Assembly (NCBI RefSeq): GCF_037042905.1
Contig: NW_026974140.1
Coordinates: 1,056,001 to 1,120,000 of the forward strand
DNA: 64,000 bases
DNA from: Lytechinus pictus
Taxonomy: Eukaryota
Direction: 5' to 3'
Shown in pieces: positions 51,224-64,000 of this stretch. The position numbers and the translations under genes are program-made. Numbering within the stretch: the first letter of the stretch is position 1; each line of letters starts with the position of its first letter. Below the pieces are notes generated by a model, which made no database searches, was not told where the DNA came from, and saw nothing but the letters and a program-made list of their open reading frames with translations.

Positions 51224-53705
51224 GTTCAAGAAGGCTTTCGGCTCGTGATATCTCATGAAACTGATCGGCTTTATGCAAAATGGCCAATTATGTCAAAACG
51301 TGTTTTCCAGTATGCATTGCAGATCGGAAAAGGATGGAAAGAGCACCTTGGAGAGGTGGATTTACAAGAGTTGTCAGATGGTAAGGGACCTAAAACTAAC
51401 TCAGCATTGACTGAAGATTTGAGTAAAAATGTTTGTCAATTGAAGGAAGATTTTCCTCTTAAAGACAGTGTTCAGGACAGGTTGAACCCCGTACAAGATG
51501 GCCCCAAAAGTCACTTATCCTTATTTCCAGCGAGATATATAGCATCTGATAATGTTTTTGTTCATAAGGAACATTTCCTGTCCGGTAATTTGTTCAAAAT
51601 TTACTACCTAATCAGCCAAATTCCTGTATATGACAAAAAAGAAAACCCTTCACCCGATAGCATTTAATAGATCTCCTCAGAATAATTATCCCTTCACTGA
51701 GAAAGTGCAGATCCTGTGGGTAACCAGCAGTTTTTGTATATGCAGTGCTGTTGGAATGGAACCGTTTTTCTTTATCAAACATGAGGAAGACCAGCTTGTT
51801 TTAATTTCACCATATTTTGTACATATATCTTGCTCTTCATATCCCATATTTGCAGTTTTTATATTATGCAATTGGGTTTTATTATGCCCTGTTATCATGC
51901 CATGTTTTAATATATCACCTGCATATATTCACTCTATGCTTGTAACTATCTCTGGCAGGTCATTGATAAAAATCACAAATACTGGTACTGTTGGACTGAG
52001 GACATTCATTTGTTTGATTTACATTCTAATTAACAGATCAATATCGGACGCTGGCCTTTAGCTTGCTACCAATATTGTTTGTGGGAAGAGGCAGAGGAAT
52101 GAAGGGCAGATGTGCGGCAAAAGAGGCAGTTACTTCATTCATAGATTTGAAACCTGTAAGTTTTATATTTGTGTGTTTTGAAACTGGTAAGGTGTTGAAC
52201 AGGGGGAATGGAGACAGATGTCTCTGTGGAATATAATTTGATATCATGCGTTACACTGTCACAGCTGTGCACCACCAATGGCAAATAATATCAAATCATT
52301 TCTGTTTTTCATCCATCTACATCTGTTAAGAAAACAAGATAGAGAGTAATAAAGACATTTTTTCTTCAATTCCATCAATTGTTTCTATGATCATTCCCTT
52401 TTCATCTGATTCAACCTAGTCACCATCTTTGGGTACATGTCCTAAAATTTCTTCATTCTCCAGTCCAACTGGTTTGGGCTTTGTTTTCTCATTACCCAAG
52501 TCCTTATGGAGCATTATTTTTTTATTTTTTTTTTTTCATTCTGGTCATCATATCTATCTCCTCAACCTCTTCTGTTTCAAAATCCTTCTCATTGCATAGT
52601 GTGATTATCTGCATGTATGTGTACCATCTTGCGCAAATCGCAAAGAGGCAACATTCTCTACATATTTTGTAATCAAAATGCATAAAGACGAATTGTAGAT
52701 AGATGGAAAAATGGTATTTATTAAAATTCTTCACATATCGCAGTTAACAAACTGAAAATATGTGTAATTACACAATTATACATTTCATTAATTACATTCT
52801 ACAGTACAATTTGTAAAATAGATATAAAAAAAACAAATACCACTCATTGTATGTGTGAGAATATTCTCAGAGTGTTCAAATGATTTCAATCGGTGAAATT
52901 ATTTTCAAGATTCATCAATTTGTTATATATTTTTTTTAATTTATGTATTTATTTATTCATTTACTACTTTATTATTTTTTATTGTGGGGGGGGGGGCAAT
53001 GTGACTTTATGATTGAAACATTGCAGGCTAATAGCTTGCCAACACAGTTGCAAATTGATACTAAACATGTCATGGTAGTTTCAATAGTTCTGTTAACAAG
53101 GAACAAATAGTTTACTTCAAATTCAAGCACAAAATGTAACTAAACCACCTATTGGGGGTGCAATCCAATATGACATATTTTAATTTTCTGTGTTTGTAGA
53201 ATGTTAGTTTATTCTCATACATATGTGTCATTTATTGAGAAGCTGAATATATATTATTTTATAAAAACAAGAACATTTTGATAATGACAGAGTAAATTGC
53301 CTGCACTTAGTCAACTTTCCCTTGAATCTCATCTGTTCAATACAGGAAGGAACATCCATTGAATATTATTTGGCCAATCTTGATGCAAAGGATCGACCAC
53401 AGCCTTTCTTGTTGATCCTTGGAGGCACCCGGTGGAAACCGAGCCAGGTTTTTGTCATTGTCGAGCGTAACACCATCCAGTGTACTTCCATCACGCAAGC
53501 TATAGATGTCTGCTTTAAATTAACCTATATGCTGGATGTTGACTACCAGACCCAGTGTTTTCCTGCATGGAAAATGCTCCAGCACTTGGTGTATGAATTG
53601 CCTCCCGGTGCTTTGAGTGATGTTGCCCTGCTCAGCTTTGAACTTGGCTGGGCAACGTCAAGAAGGAATTTTAGTCTGAGTAGGCAGCATTCAGTACTTA
53701 GATAA
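51224..53705 (+). pseudogene. Three spliced exons (51224-51380, 52037-52155, 53346-53705) of an EnSpm/CMC accessory, SAMD3-like protein C-terminus
   Basis: GT-AG sites with compatible phases (1, 0) give RLYAKWP...AFSLLPILF...SFIDLKP-EGTSIE...QPFLLILG...VFVIVE...AIDVCFK..Y..DVDY...W..LQHLVY. Confidence 0.65.
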
Positions 53706-54215
53706 AAATAGGAGTGGGCTATACATGGGTCAAAAATACTTTTTTTTGTCAATTTAATATGCCAACAGTTTTTATCTATTCCTTGTAATGTATCTCAACA
53801 TGAAATGACAATATTTTTTTTCTCGGGTCCGAGAAAAAATTGTGCCGGGCCAAAATCCAAAATGGCCGCCAAAACCCCCCAAAATCACAGTTTTGGCCAC
53901 AACTTCTTTATTTGGTGGTCTTTTTCTCTGGTTTTGGTGTCTATTCATATGTTTTGGGGGGCAGGCAATCCGTTTTACCTGAAATTAGTACTTAAAAAAC
54001 ATTATTTGTAGAGTTAAAGGGTTATTTACCTAAATTTACCAATTTTTCAGCCAACAATTAGGTTTCATCGTCTTGTGGTTCTTGGATATTGGACGATACG
54101 AGTTCTATAATAGCAAGTAGTTTGATAAAACTATATTGCTCATATTCCTCTACTCTGGGTTCTACGGATATTTTCGAAATATGTCTTATTAAATAAAAAC
54201 AATGTTATTTATCAA

Positions 54216-56979
54216 GGTTTACTGACGGATGGTCTATTATCACTTGGTCTAATCATCAGATGGGCTAACAACATTCGGGCTAAACCCACTTAGTCCAATT
54301 CTCTTTTGGTCTAATGACCACTTGGTCTAATAACCAATTAGTCTAATGACCACTTGGTCTAATAGCCACTTGGTCTAATGACCACTTGGTCTAATAGCCA
54401 ATTGGTCTAATGACCACTTGGTCTAATAGCCACTTGGTCTAATGCCTAGTTGGGCTACTCGTCACTTGGTCTAATTTTCATTTGGTCTAATTGCCATTTC
54501 GTCTAATGTATTTTATTGTCACTTGGTCTAATTGCATTTGGTCTAATACCAGTTCGGCTAATATTCGGATGGTCTAATACTAGTTGGTCTAATACCAGTT
54601 GGTCTAATCCTCACTTGGTCTATATTGCAGTTGGTCTAATCCTCACTTGGTCATTATTCAGTTGGTCCAATGTGCAGTTGGTCTAATTTCCATTTCGGCC
54701 AATTTCCACTTGGTCTAATTTCCAGATAGTCTAACATTCATTTCGTCTACATGCCCATGGTCTAATTTGTAAAGTCTGCATGGTGACTTGTTTTCAAATT
54801 TTTGGTGAAATTTTTAAGTTACTTTCCGCGCGCCCCTCGATATTGGAGTACAGTTAGAGTGACGTATATTTCGTCCCCAACTGAATTTTGAAAATATGGG
54901 GATTTTCGAAAGCCTGTGGGGACGAAAAAAATATGGAGATTAAACAAACTTTGGGGATTTTTTGTCTGTTTCAGGGGATTTTTGAAGGTTTTGGTGAAAA
55001 ACAATCAAATTTGCTATTTTTCTGTAAAATAACGCTATAATATAGAGGTGGAAAAAAATACGATATTATTTATTTATCCACCTCTATGTATACGATCTAC
55101 TGTAGATAGTTAACGCTGACTTAATTACCCAATCATGGTTCCCAAGTTTTCAAGAAATCAAAAATCCCTGATTTTTCTCTGATGAAGTAAAAAAATTCCC
55201 GAATTATTTAAACCCATTCCCAGTTTCTCATGTTTTCTAAGTTTGCAGTAAATTACATGTATTATTATTTTTTTGTTATGCATGTATAATGTACCAGTAG
55301 GCCTATACTTGTATTGTATAGTAAAAGAGGCTACACTAAAAAAAACACCATAACATGTCATTCAATGAATGCTGTTTTAATATACAACAAAATATAACAG
55401 AGTCTGAATGACTGTCGTGCTTTCGACTTTTGGGCCGATCAAAATTCCCTGATTTTGCCCTCAATTGAGGCATTTTCCCCGGTTTTGAGGCAATCCCTGA
55501 CTGGAGAAACCGTAAAAAAATCCCTGACTTCCTTGATTTCCCTGATGGGGTGGGAACCTTGCCAATCCATTTTAAGGAGGAGGCGAAGAAGTAGAACAAA
55601 AAACAGAATGAGAAGATATATAAGATGAATGACTACTGTGGTGATAACTGATAAAGGTCTGCAAGCGTAGACTATATTGTGTTATTACACGTCAGAATGA
55701 TGTGGCTGCTACCAAGATGGTCGCAGTGATGTTGTTGGAGCTAACCCGATAGACCTGTAGGCCTATAGTGTTATCAAACTATATCTAATTGGTCAGTTAT
55801 TTGCCTCCAAACTAACTATTGAAATAACTAAACAAAATATTCATAACAAAATTACATGATCTAATGGCTTGTAGTTTTGGGATACCCCAAACTGCATAAC
55901 TAGGCCATCAAGTTCAAGTATCGTCCGTAATGGTGCATCACAATGATTTAAAAGAGGCATAAACATGTTTACCAAATACGTATCCACACAATCAATTACA
56001 TTATATTTTCGTTCCTTTCTTCATAATAATTTTATTCTCATGAAACCCCGCCATTCGACCATTATAAGCTACAAGGTCCCCAACTTATTGTTCTGTAAAT
56101 GTGCATGCGGTGATGTAATGATTATGAGTATGATTTAATTTTCATCATCATCTTACAATCGATATACAGGCCTAATTATAAGAATTATTTGATAAGAATA
56201 ATTCATTTGATGAGCGACTATCTCATCATCGATAGTCCTTCACGGTGAGGTTTTGCGCCCACCAGCCCTACCCCGGCTCTACCCCTCCGGATCCTGGCGA
56301 TATGTATTAACTGATGGTATTTATCCATTACATACCATATTTGCTCATTCTAGATAAAATAAATAATAATGAATGATGCTATACTAGAATAAATGGACAT
56401 TAGACCAAGTATGAATTAGACAAAATGAAAATTAGACCTAGTGGCGAGTAGCCCAACTAGTCATTAGACCAATTGGCGATTAGACCAAGTGGTCATTAGA
56501 CCATTTGGCTATAAGACCAAGTGGTCATTAGACCAATTGGATATTAGACCAAGTGGACATTAGACTAAATGGAAATTAGACCAAGTGGAAATTAGAACAA
56601 ACGGTCAATAGACCATGTGGCAATTAGACAAAATGATAATTAGACCAAGTGGAAATTAGCCGAAGTGGAAATTAGACCAAGTGGTGTTAGACCAACTGGA
56701 AATTAGACTTAATGGTTTTAGCCCAACTGCTCATTAGCCGAACTGGATATTAGACCAAGTGGAAATTAGACGAATTGGATATTAGACCAAGTGGAAATTA
56801 GCCCAACTGGTTATTAGCCTAAATGGAAATTAGACGAATTGGATATTAGACCAAGTGGGAATTAGACGAATTGAATATTAGACGTTGTAACTGGTTGTAG
56901 ACGAAATGAGTTTAGACTATGTGAAGTTGGACGAACTGATAAGTAGACCATGTGATATTAGACCATCCGATAATTCACC
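54216..56979. mobile_element. Foldback element with tandem ~20-bp minisatellite arms
   Basis: Perfect 8-bp TSD TTTATCAA (54208-54215 and 56980-56987); GG...CC termini. CACTTGGTCTAAT arrays at ~54230-54770 are inverted as ATTAGACCAAGTG at ~56400-56970. Confidence 0.88.
55134..55561. mobile_element. hAT5-like MITE (5-bp TSD)
   Basis: TIR CATGGTTCCCA / CAAGGTTCCCA; TSD CCAAT on both sides; TTCCCTGA subterminal repeats. Confidence 0.75.
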
Positions 56980-59104
56980 TTTATCAATAGGGGCCATACA
57001 GTATACTATGTATTGTACATACACTGTACTGCACTGCATGTATGTCCATGCATTGACCACCATGGACAGGTCTACAGGTAGGTCTATATTAACTATAGTG
57101 TCATAGAAATGACCTCTTGAATTAGATGCCTCAGAAATTAAAGATACTGTATACTTTGTCTCAGAAATTGAAGACATTTTTTGTCATATATGCTCATTCA
57201 GGGGGCGGAGAGGGAAAAATATAATTAACAATAGACTATAGTCAACCCCACATTATGGCATTTACACTGTGGCTATTCTGCTACCATTATGGTAACTTTG
57301 CCATTCAATTGTAACTTGCATGGAATCCTTGATTCTGATTGGCCGTTGATCAGCATTACCATGGTAGTTAACTGACAACATAAACATAGGGTTAGACACA
57401 ACCAGGTAAAAACAAGCCTCCAGAAGAGGAAGATACATGTATGGCTATTATGTGCGTACATGTACATGATGTTTACACTGTTATGTGCAATTTATGGTTA
57501 TCATCGGGTTACATATTTCCATCATGTATATCAGCTAACAAGCAATCAAATTTACAAGTCACAACCTAATTCTAAACCTCAGGAGCTCACTTCTATGACA
57601 CTATAGTTTATATACAGGATATGTCATGATGGTCAATGTATGGATATATGCAGTGTACATGTGGTATATACAGTACATTGTATACCATACAGCCCCTATT
57701 GACAAATGACATTTTCCTTTATTTGAAAATATATATTTCGCAAATATCCGTCAACCCCAATTTAAAGATATAAAAACTCTATATCTATATGAAGCTGCTT
57801 ACTACTGGTCAACTGGTATCGTCTAATATCCAAGAACCATGAGACAATGAAACCTAATTTTTTGCTGAAAAAAGGGTCTAATAATTAGTAAATTTAAGTA
57901 ATATCACCTTATAACTATACAAATAATGGTTTAAAGTACTAATTTTAGGAAAAACAAATTGCCTGTCCCCTAAAACATATGAATAGACTCCAAAACCAGA
58001 GAAAAAGACCACCAAATAAAGAAGTTGTGGCCAAAACTGTAATTTTGGGGGGTTTTGGCGGCCATTTTGGATTTTGGCCGGCGCACTTTTTTCTCGGACC
58101 CGAGAAAAAAAATATTATCATTTCATGTTGAGATAAGGTAAAAGGAATACAAAAAAACTGTTGGCACAGTAAAACCAAAAATCACCCATTTATAGCCCAC
58201 TCCTAATAAAAAGGAAGCAAGTGACAGTAGTTTTGTAGTAAATAGGCGATTTCTCTTGGTTCTCCTAGTTAATGATTAAAGACTCAGACCGTAACCAAAA
58301 CTGACACGGACAAATCATATACCATTTGAAAGCTTATAAGCTACTTAACACAGAAAAGCAAGTTTTGTTTCACAAAATTAGCATTTGGGGGTGCGGAACA
58401 CAAATGCTCATAATTCAAAAGCCAGGTGTCATTACTCTGTTTTGCTTCACAAAATGAGCAATTGTGTACCGCACTCCCAAATTATGGGGGGAAAATCAGG
58501 TTCTGCAGATACATTGAATTATCTGTTCCCAATTGTTCCCATACTAATTTGTCACTTGCTTCCTTTTGACAAAACAGTATTTCATAATTCAAAAGTAAAA
58601 AAATATTACTTTTGTTGCTCACATGTTAAGCATGTCTCGTAAAGTTTTAAAAAAAAAATTTGTTGAAAGCTGTCACTTCCTTTTTTCAAACCATGACAGA
58701 GTATTGGAGACTGGTAAATAAAATCAATGTGAAAATGACAAAAACTCATCTGGATGGATATCTGGACTAAATTGCAACATATGTGTTGACACACATACAA
58801 ACAACTTGCTATTGTTTATTTATATGTTGCATTGTTTGCATTGTTTATGGATGAAAGTTAAATGAAATGTGATACAGAATCAAACTATTCATAAATATCC
58901 TACTAGACAGTCTGAAGAATTTCATTTACCTCTACTAAAAACACTTTCAGCACAAAATACATTCATTTTTTAAGGTCCTAAATTTTTAAATAATTTGCGC
59001 ATAGATTTGAAAAACTCCCCTTCACTCGCAGTCTTCAAAAGAAAGACATTTTTTATTGGCTACGTATAAAACCTAGCTCTCCCTGTTGTACCTAGATTGT
59101 CCCT

Positions 59105-59250
59105 TCTTTTATTGTCAATATTATCATTATTATCACTATTATCATGATTATTTTTGTTATTAGTATCATGATTACTATTATTATTGTGATTATCAATATC
59201 ATCAACATTATTATTATCTCTTTTATTACTGTCATTGTTATTATTGTTGG
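59105..59250. repeat. (ATT/ATC)n low-complexity tract
   Basis: Visible directly. Confidence 0.8.
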
Positions 59251-60149
59251 TATCGAAGAACTCGTCACCACTGCTCAACCAGAAATACACTTTGATCCGT
59301 TTCCTATGCGCGTTTACTTCATACTCGTTATACATCACCTGTGAAACATTTTCTTATTTTAGTCCACATGCAGATATGTTCTCCTCATCGTCTCTCCTTG
59401 TTATTCTTCGTAAATTACTCATTTCATGCATCATGTTATTGTTTATTTCACATTTTTCTTCCCTCTCTTTGGCCACTATCATTATTTTAATTATGTAATT
59501 TAATATTAATGAATAATTTGTTTTGAGGGGTCCACGATTTACAAGCACAGCTTCACAGTGGACCTCACCATTTCCAGCATGTTATTTTCAGCCAAAAATA
59601 TTTCATGATCCATATTAAGTTTCAAATGTATAATTTAGATGAATATATATATATACATATTGTGTTTCATGTTTCTTTATTGCATTTCAATTGGTATAAC
59701 TGTATTTATGATGGATTTTGTCTACTGTTTTGTTGGAAATGAGAAAAAATAAAACTGAAAACTGAAACTGATAGCTAAATGTGAGTGTATTGGTTATGTC
59801 ACATCGGGATCAATCAAGGACTTTGAGATGGGGACTGCCTTTTTATTTTCCAGCTCTGTTATATTTTTGGCTCATAGGAAATTTTCTCATGCAAATTGCC
59901 TGTGATCCTCTTCAAGTTGTAACAGTCATGAAGTTCTTGATTTATCACTTCTTCCATTAAAATTGGCAGTTTTCAATGAAAAGAGAATACAGCAAAATTT
60001 AAGGGTTATGAACAAGGCAAAACGTATCAACGGGGCCTTAATTCATAACTGATAGGTTAAACATGAATGTATTTAACATAGTTTGAGATCAGTCGAAACT
60101 GGTTTATATTACTGCAGATGTTTCACTGAAATATTGTTGCCAGGTTGTC

Positions 60150-60516
60150 TATGTAGTCAAATAGTGGGTTCGAGTCCACCCCGGGCGGATGACTGAAGCC
60201 AGTGCGTTGTGTGTAAACGTCTCTCCCATGTTTCATAGACGCAGGCTATGTTACAGTGGAAAACACTCCGTCCCTAGGATAGGACGTTAAATGGAGGCCC
60301 CGTGTATAGGAGAGTCACCACCTTTGCACGTTAAGAACCCACTGCACTATTCGTATAAGAGTAGGGGGAAACCCCGGTGTAGCGGTGCACCTGCACTCCA
60401 ACCCCCCCCCCCCCCCCCCAAATCAGTTATATCGGGAGGAGAGGCCTACGGGTCATAGTGATTCGGTTCGCTTTTCGCCTCCCAGGCACAGGTGACGCCA
60501 AACAAATAATAATAAT
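60150..60516 (+). mobile_element. Deu-domain SINE (5' part degraded)
   Basis: Box B GGTTCGAGTCC; Deu-like core GGACGTTAAATGGAGGCCCCGTG...GCACGTTAAGAACCC...GAGTAGGGG; (AAT)n tail. Confidence 0.8.
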
Positions 60517-61897
60517 GAATATCTATTGAAAATTCAACAATGCAGAGAAGTCAAACATTGTATAGATATTACTATAAAACAGATTAAGTAGCTGAAAAAT
60601 TGTTTCACTTTTGTGTGTAACTTCAAATGTTATCAAAATGTATCATTGATATGTTTAAACATATCTACATATCTATGGAATATGAAAACAGATTACAACC
60701 TCGTAGTCCATCACCAATAATCCCTTCTTTTTTCAGAGCAACAAGTCCTTCTCAAATATTTGAGTGCATGTCTGATATAGTTTAATACTTAGATTGGCAT
60801 TCTTCATCTCATATTTTTGCTCCATGATGTTAAAGGTCTTCATGCCATTTTGGGGTAAAAAAAAACAGTGATTAATAGTGGATATTAACTTATTATAATG
60901 CTAGGCTTGGTGATCAAGAATTGGTTTTCTTTTTTTGTTCTTTTCTACAAACGATGAGAGAAATTATTGGGGAAAAAAATGAAACCATGATATGAGCCCT
61001 CTTCCATGAAAAGTTATATAAACTGATGTTATTTTTTTTCACTATATGAATTGCCTAAGAAAATAAAAATTGATCGTTCAGCAATTGTAACAATATTAGA
61101 GCCCTGTATAGTTTAGAAGCAAAATATAGAAAACTTAAGCACGCTGTCAAATTTGTTTAAGAACATGCAAGTATATTCAGTAGTATAGAAAATTGACCAG
61201 TAGCACAGGCTGACTGGATTAGTTGAATGAATAGGGCAAAAAATAGTTTATATGCAAATACTCTCAGGAAACAGGATCAGAAAGTGTCAATTATTTCATT
61301 TAGAGAAAGGAGTGTTGCAGTTTTATTTACTTGTACGATATTCATTCTACTTAAATGTAAATTCAATGTGAAATTGCTAGATATTCCTTTAAAATTGTGA
61401 AAGTACATGTTTGTATACTTTAAAACCATTGAAATTGGTTAAATTGATTTTATTTATGGTTTGATGTATTGCATGAAGTTTTTCTCCAAACCCTGTTATT
61501 CCAAAATTATACATTTTTTGGGTGTCATATGAGTTAATAAATTGAATGTGTACCGTTAGGGATGTGTGCTTAACTTACTGTTAAGTGTTGGTTGTGCCTA
61601 GAATATACGCACCTGCAATGCAAGTTGAATGCAGAACAGGTAAAGCCTTAGTGTTAATGTTGTGTAACTGTCAAAAGTGTCAATGTTGTTAATACTAGCT
61701 GTTTACTGTTAGTACAAGTAGGGCCAGGATTGAATATACACATCTCTGTACTTACGTCTGGTCGGACTAGATCAGGTTGGGCTATAGCTATCTATAGTAC
61801 TCTAGACATGGGCTCTTTTAGAGGGCTCTTTTAGAGGGGTCTAAAATGATGTTAAGAATTCATTTTAGGGTACGTTTACCATCTTATTTGAAATAGT

Positions 61898-62638
61898 TTG
61901 TCTTCCTAATTAATTTGACACCGTTTGTATCAATATTTGATGAAAATTGAGACAGGGTCAGCAAAAAGAAGCTATTTTTTACAGGATATCAAAAAAAAGG
62001 TATATACATGGTAGTTAATATACAGTATATCGGTAGATCTAGATCTAAAGACTGTAAGAAGACTTACTTTTGCCCTTACAAGCTGTAACAAAGACTCGGT
62101 CTAATGTTTTCACTGAAAATGAATTATCCATAAATTCCCCAGATCTATTCAACCCAGCAATTGCAGCAATGGTACCACGCTACAACAGAATAAAGACAGA
62201 CACTAGTCTTGCATCAGCCATGCATTCTTTTGCTAAATATGCCGGGGCAGCAAGAGTACTTCAAAAGAGAGGCAAAAAGGCAGGGAATGTGAAACGTGTT
62301 CGCATGAATGGTAGCAAACACATTGGTGTTCAACCTACTGCCACTGCAAGACGGAGAACTTCAAGTCACATGGGTAGAGGAGGGGCAAGGCTGAAAGAGC
62401 TTGTCTTCCTAATTAATTTGACACCATTTGTATCAAAATTTGATGAAAATTGAGACAGGGTCAGTAAAAAGAAATTATTTTTTACAGGATATCAAAAAAA
62501 GGTATATACATAGTAGTTAATACACTATATCGGTAGATCTAGATCTAAAGACTGTAAGAAGGCGTACTTTTACCATTACAAGCTGTAACAAAGACTCAGT
62601 CTAATGTTTTCACTGAAAATGAATTATCCATAAATTCC
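61898..62638 (+). repeat. ~240-bp direct duplication (61898-62138 and 62401-62638) around a 262-bp insert
   Basis: Both copies run TTGTCTTCCTAATTAATTTGACACC...GAATTATCCATAAATTCC. Confidence 0.92.
62139..62400 (+). pseudogene. Fragment resembling the C-terminal region of MULE/SWIM-type transposases
   Basis: Open frame LASAMHSFAK...HIGVQPTATARRR; family recognised from memory only. Confidence 0.5.
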
Positions 62639-62779
62639 ATTGTCAGATTTACAAAAATTCTTAAGGAAAATATCAAAATATGTGTTGTTTTTATATAATT
62701 TTTTTTTTATGAAAGTTGCTATAGATGGGGAAGCATCTAAAAACTCTTTAAGGTTTTCTTGATACAATGCAAAGGTATA

Positions 62780-63505
62780 ATACTTTGTTTTGATTTTAGG
62801 GTCACTGGGTCAAAGGTCACAGGTTATTTTGTGAAAAACAATTCTGGTACAGTATTTTACATACTATGAGACATGAACATGTAACTTGGTGTGAGGGTAG
62901 AATATGACAAGACAAATATTATCTGGTATTTTGGGGTCAGAGGTCGGAGGTCACAGGACTCATTTGCATGTATATTTGATCTCTTACAGGGCTATAAATA
63001 TCGGTAAATGATATTTCAATATCAATTGTTATGCCTCCACCAAGAAAGTGGCCCTATGTTCTATGATTGGGTCAAAGGCATTGAGGTCAGGTCATTATTT
63101 GAAATATGGGAATTTTGGTTATTATTTAACCCGTTGGCTACAGGATACGTGTGGTACCTGTACAAAGTCTATGGGAATTAAAATAATTCCATAGCCTACG
63201 GATTTAGAGAAATGTAACCAACTTCAAACTTGGCAAAAAATAAGCAATATATATGGTTACATGAGGTGTTAGGTCAATGATCATGAAGGTCATTATGCAA
63301 GTGAAAATGTTTTTTTGATGCATACATTCTTATCATTTTCAAAGTTATGCAGGTACATCATAACAGTTCACATATTTTTTTTTTTTGGGGGGGGGGCAAA
63401 ACAATTGTGGTTATTTTAAACAATGATTCAGATTTGTACAGTTATTGATCATGCACTCAGCAGAGGCATAATTTTCGACCATGGGTGGTCGAAATCCATC
63501 TAGTT
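62780..63505 (+). mobile_element. Helitron/Helentron-like remnant with 3' hairpin and CTAG
   Basis: GGTCAAAGGTCA core motifs; hairpin TTTCGACCA-TGGG-TGGTCGAAA (63473-63494); CTAG at 63500-63503 followed by a T-run. Confidence 0.6.
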
Positions 63506-63886
63506 TTAAAATGTCATCATAACATAGGAAGCATATGGACCTAGTTCATGAAACTTGGACATAAGGGTAACCAAGTATCACTCTTCATCTTGTATGAGTT
63601 TCCTTGTCAAATGATCTAGGTCAAAGAACATTGTTTAGGGACAGTGAACTTAGACCACAGTAAGTTTTTTTTATGTCAGCATTACTTTAAAAAGTATAAG
63701 GGCCTATTTCATGAAACTTGGACAAAAGGTTATTCAAGTATTGCTGATAATTTTGCATGAGTTGCGGGTCACATGGTCAATGTCAAAGGTCATTTAGGGT
63801 TAATGAACTTTGACCATCAAAGTCAGCACTGCTGCTATATTGAATTGCGTACTGCAGGCGAGACTGCCAGAGGCGTTCCAATTGTT
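63506..63886 (+). mobile_element. 3' part of a second copy of the 8245-9220 HINE family
   Basis: Two core repeats (GACCTAGTTCATGAAACTTGG) and the same 3' end CAGCACTGCTGCTATATTGAAT...GCAGGCGAGAC...CCAGAGGC.TTCCA.TTGTT. Confidence 0.8.
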
Positions 63887-64000
63887 GTCTGTTTGTTTTT
63901 GTTTGGCACTTGCTCGCCAAGGATCTGCAACTTCGGGTGCAAATTAGTGCTCATCAACTTGATCATTGAATTATATGAATTACATGTGTATGTGTCAATT

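Larger units (their letters stand above)
53710..58204. mobile_element. Long-TIR foldback DNA element (Academ-like)
   Basis: AGGAGTGGGCTATA termini; arms of ~500 bp or more, with AAAATCCAAAATGGCCGCC. Flanks read as a 3-bp AAT TSD, or as TAG..CTA termini. Confidence 0.8.

Noticed and set aside
54230..56970. ~20-bp TTGGTCTAAT repeats as CRISPR or coding repeats
   Set aside because: Minisatellite arms of a TSD-bounded foldback element.

Overview
This is AT-rich eukaryotic DNA. The repeat families and spliceosomal introns suggest a deuterostome invertebrate, probably a sea urchin (inference). I found no intact host gene, rRNA, true tRNA or CRISPR. The window is a dense nest of transposons, and most boundaries can be read directly from terminal repeats and target-site duplications (TSDs). 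(1) 1024-16481: a full-length, decayed Gmr1-type Ty3/Gypsy LTR retrotransposon with SCAN-like gag and the integrase placed before RT. Its pol is split by a 9-kb PIF/Harbinger element that carries intron-split transposase relics. (2) 17266-25840: a nearly intact Harbinger transposase split by a 7.1-kb hAT-like element, which holds further inserts. (3) 26152-45303: a 19-kb CMC/EnSpm-like element (CCCTTAC termini, 2-bp TSD). It contains an RNase H-bearing I/Nimb-type LINE, a MULE-like foldback and a piggyBac-like > hAT > Tc1 nest. (4) 51224-53705: three in-phase exons of an EnSpm-accessory (SAMD3-like) protein. (5) 53710-58204: nested foldback elements. (6) Near the end: a Deu-domain SINE, Helentron-like elements and a 240-bp direct duplication bracketing a transposase fragment. 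I see no clearly new biological system. The best leads are the intron-containing Harbinger, the large cargo-filled EnSpm, the spliced EnSpm-accessory gene and the duplication-bracketed capture. All family assignments come from motif recognition by eye, not from database searches.
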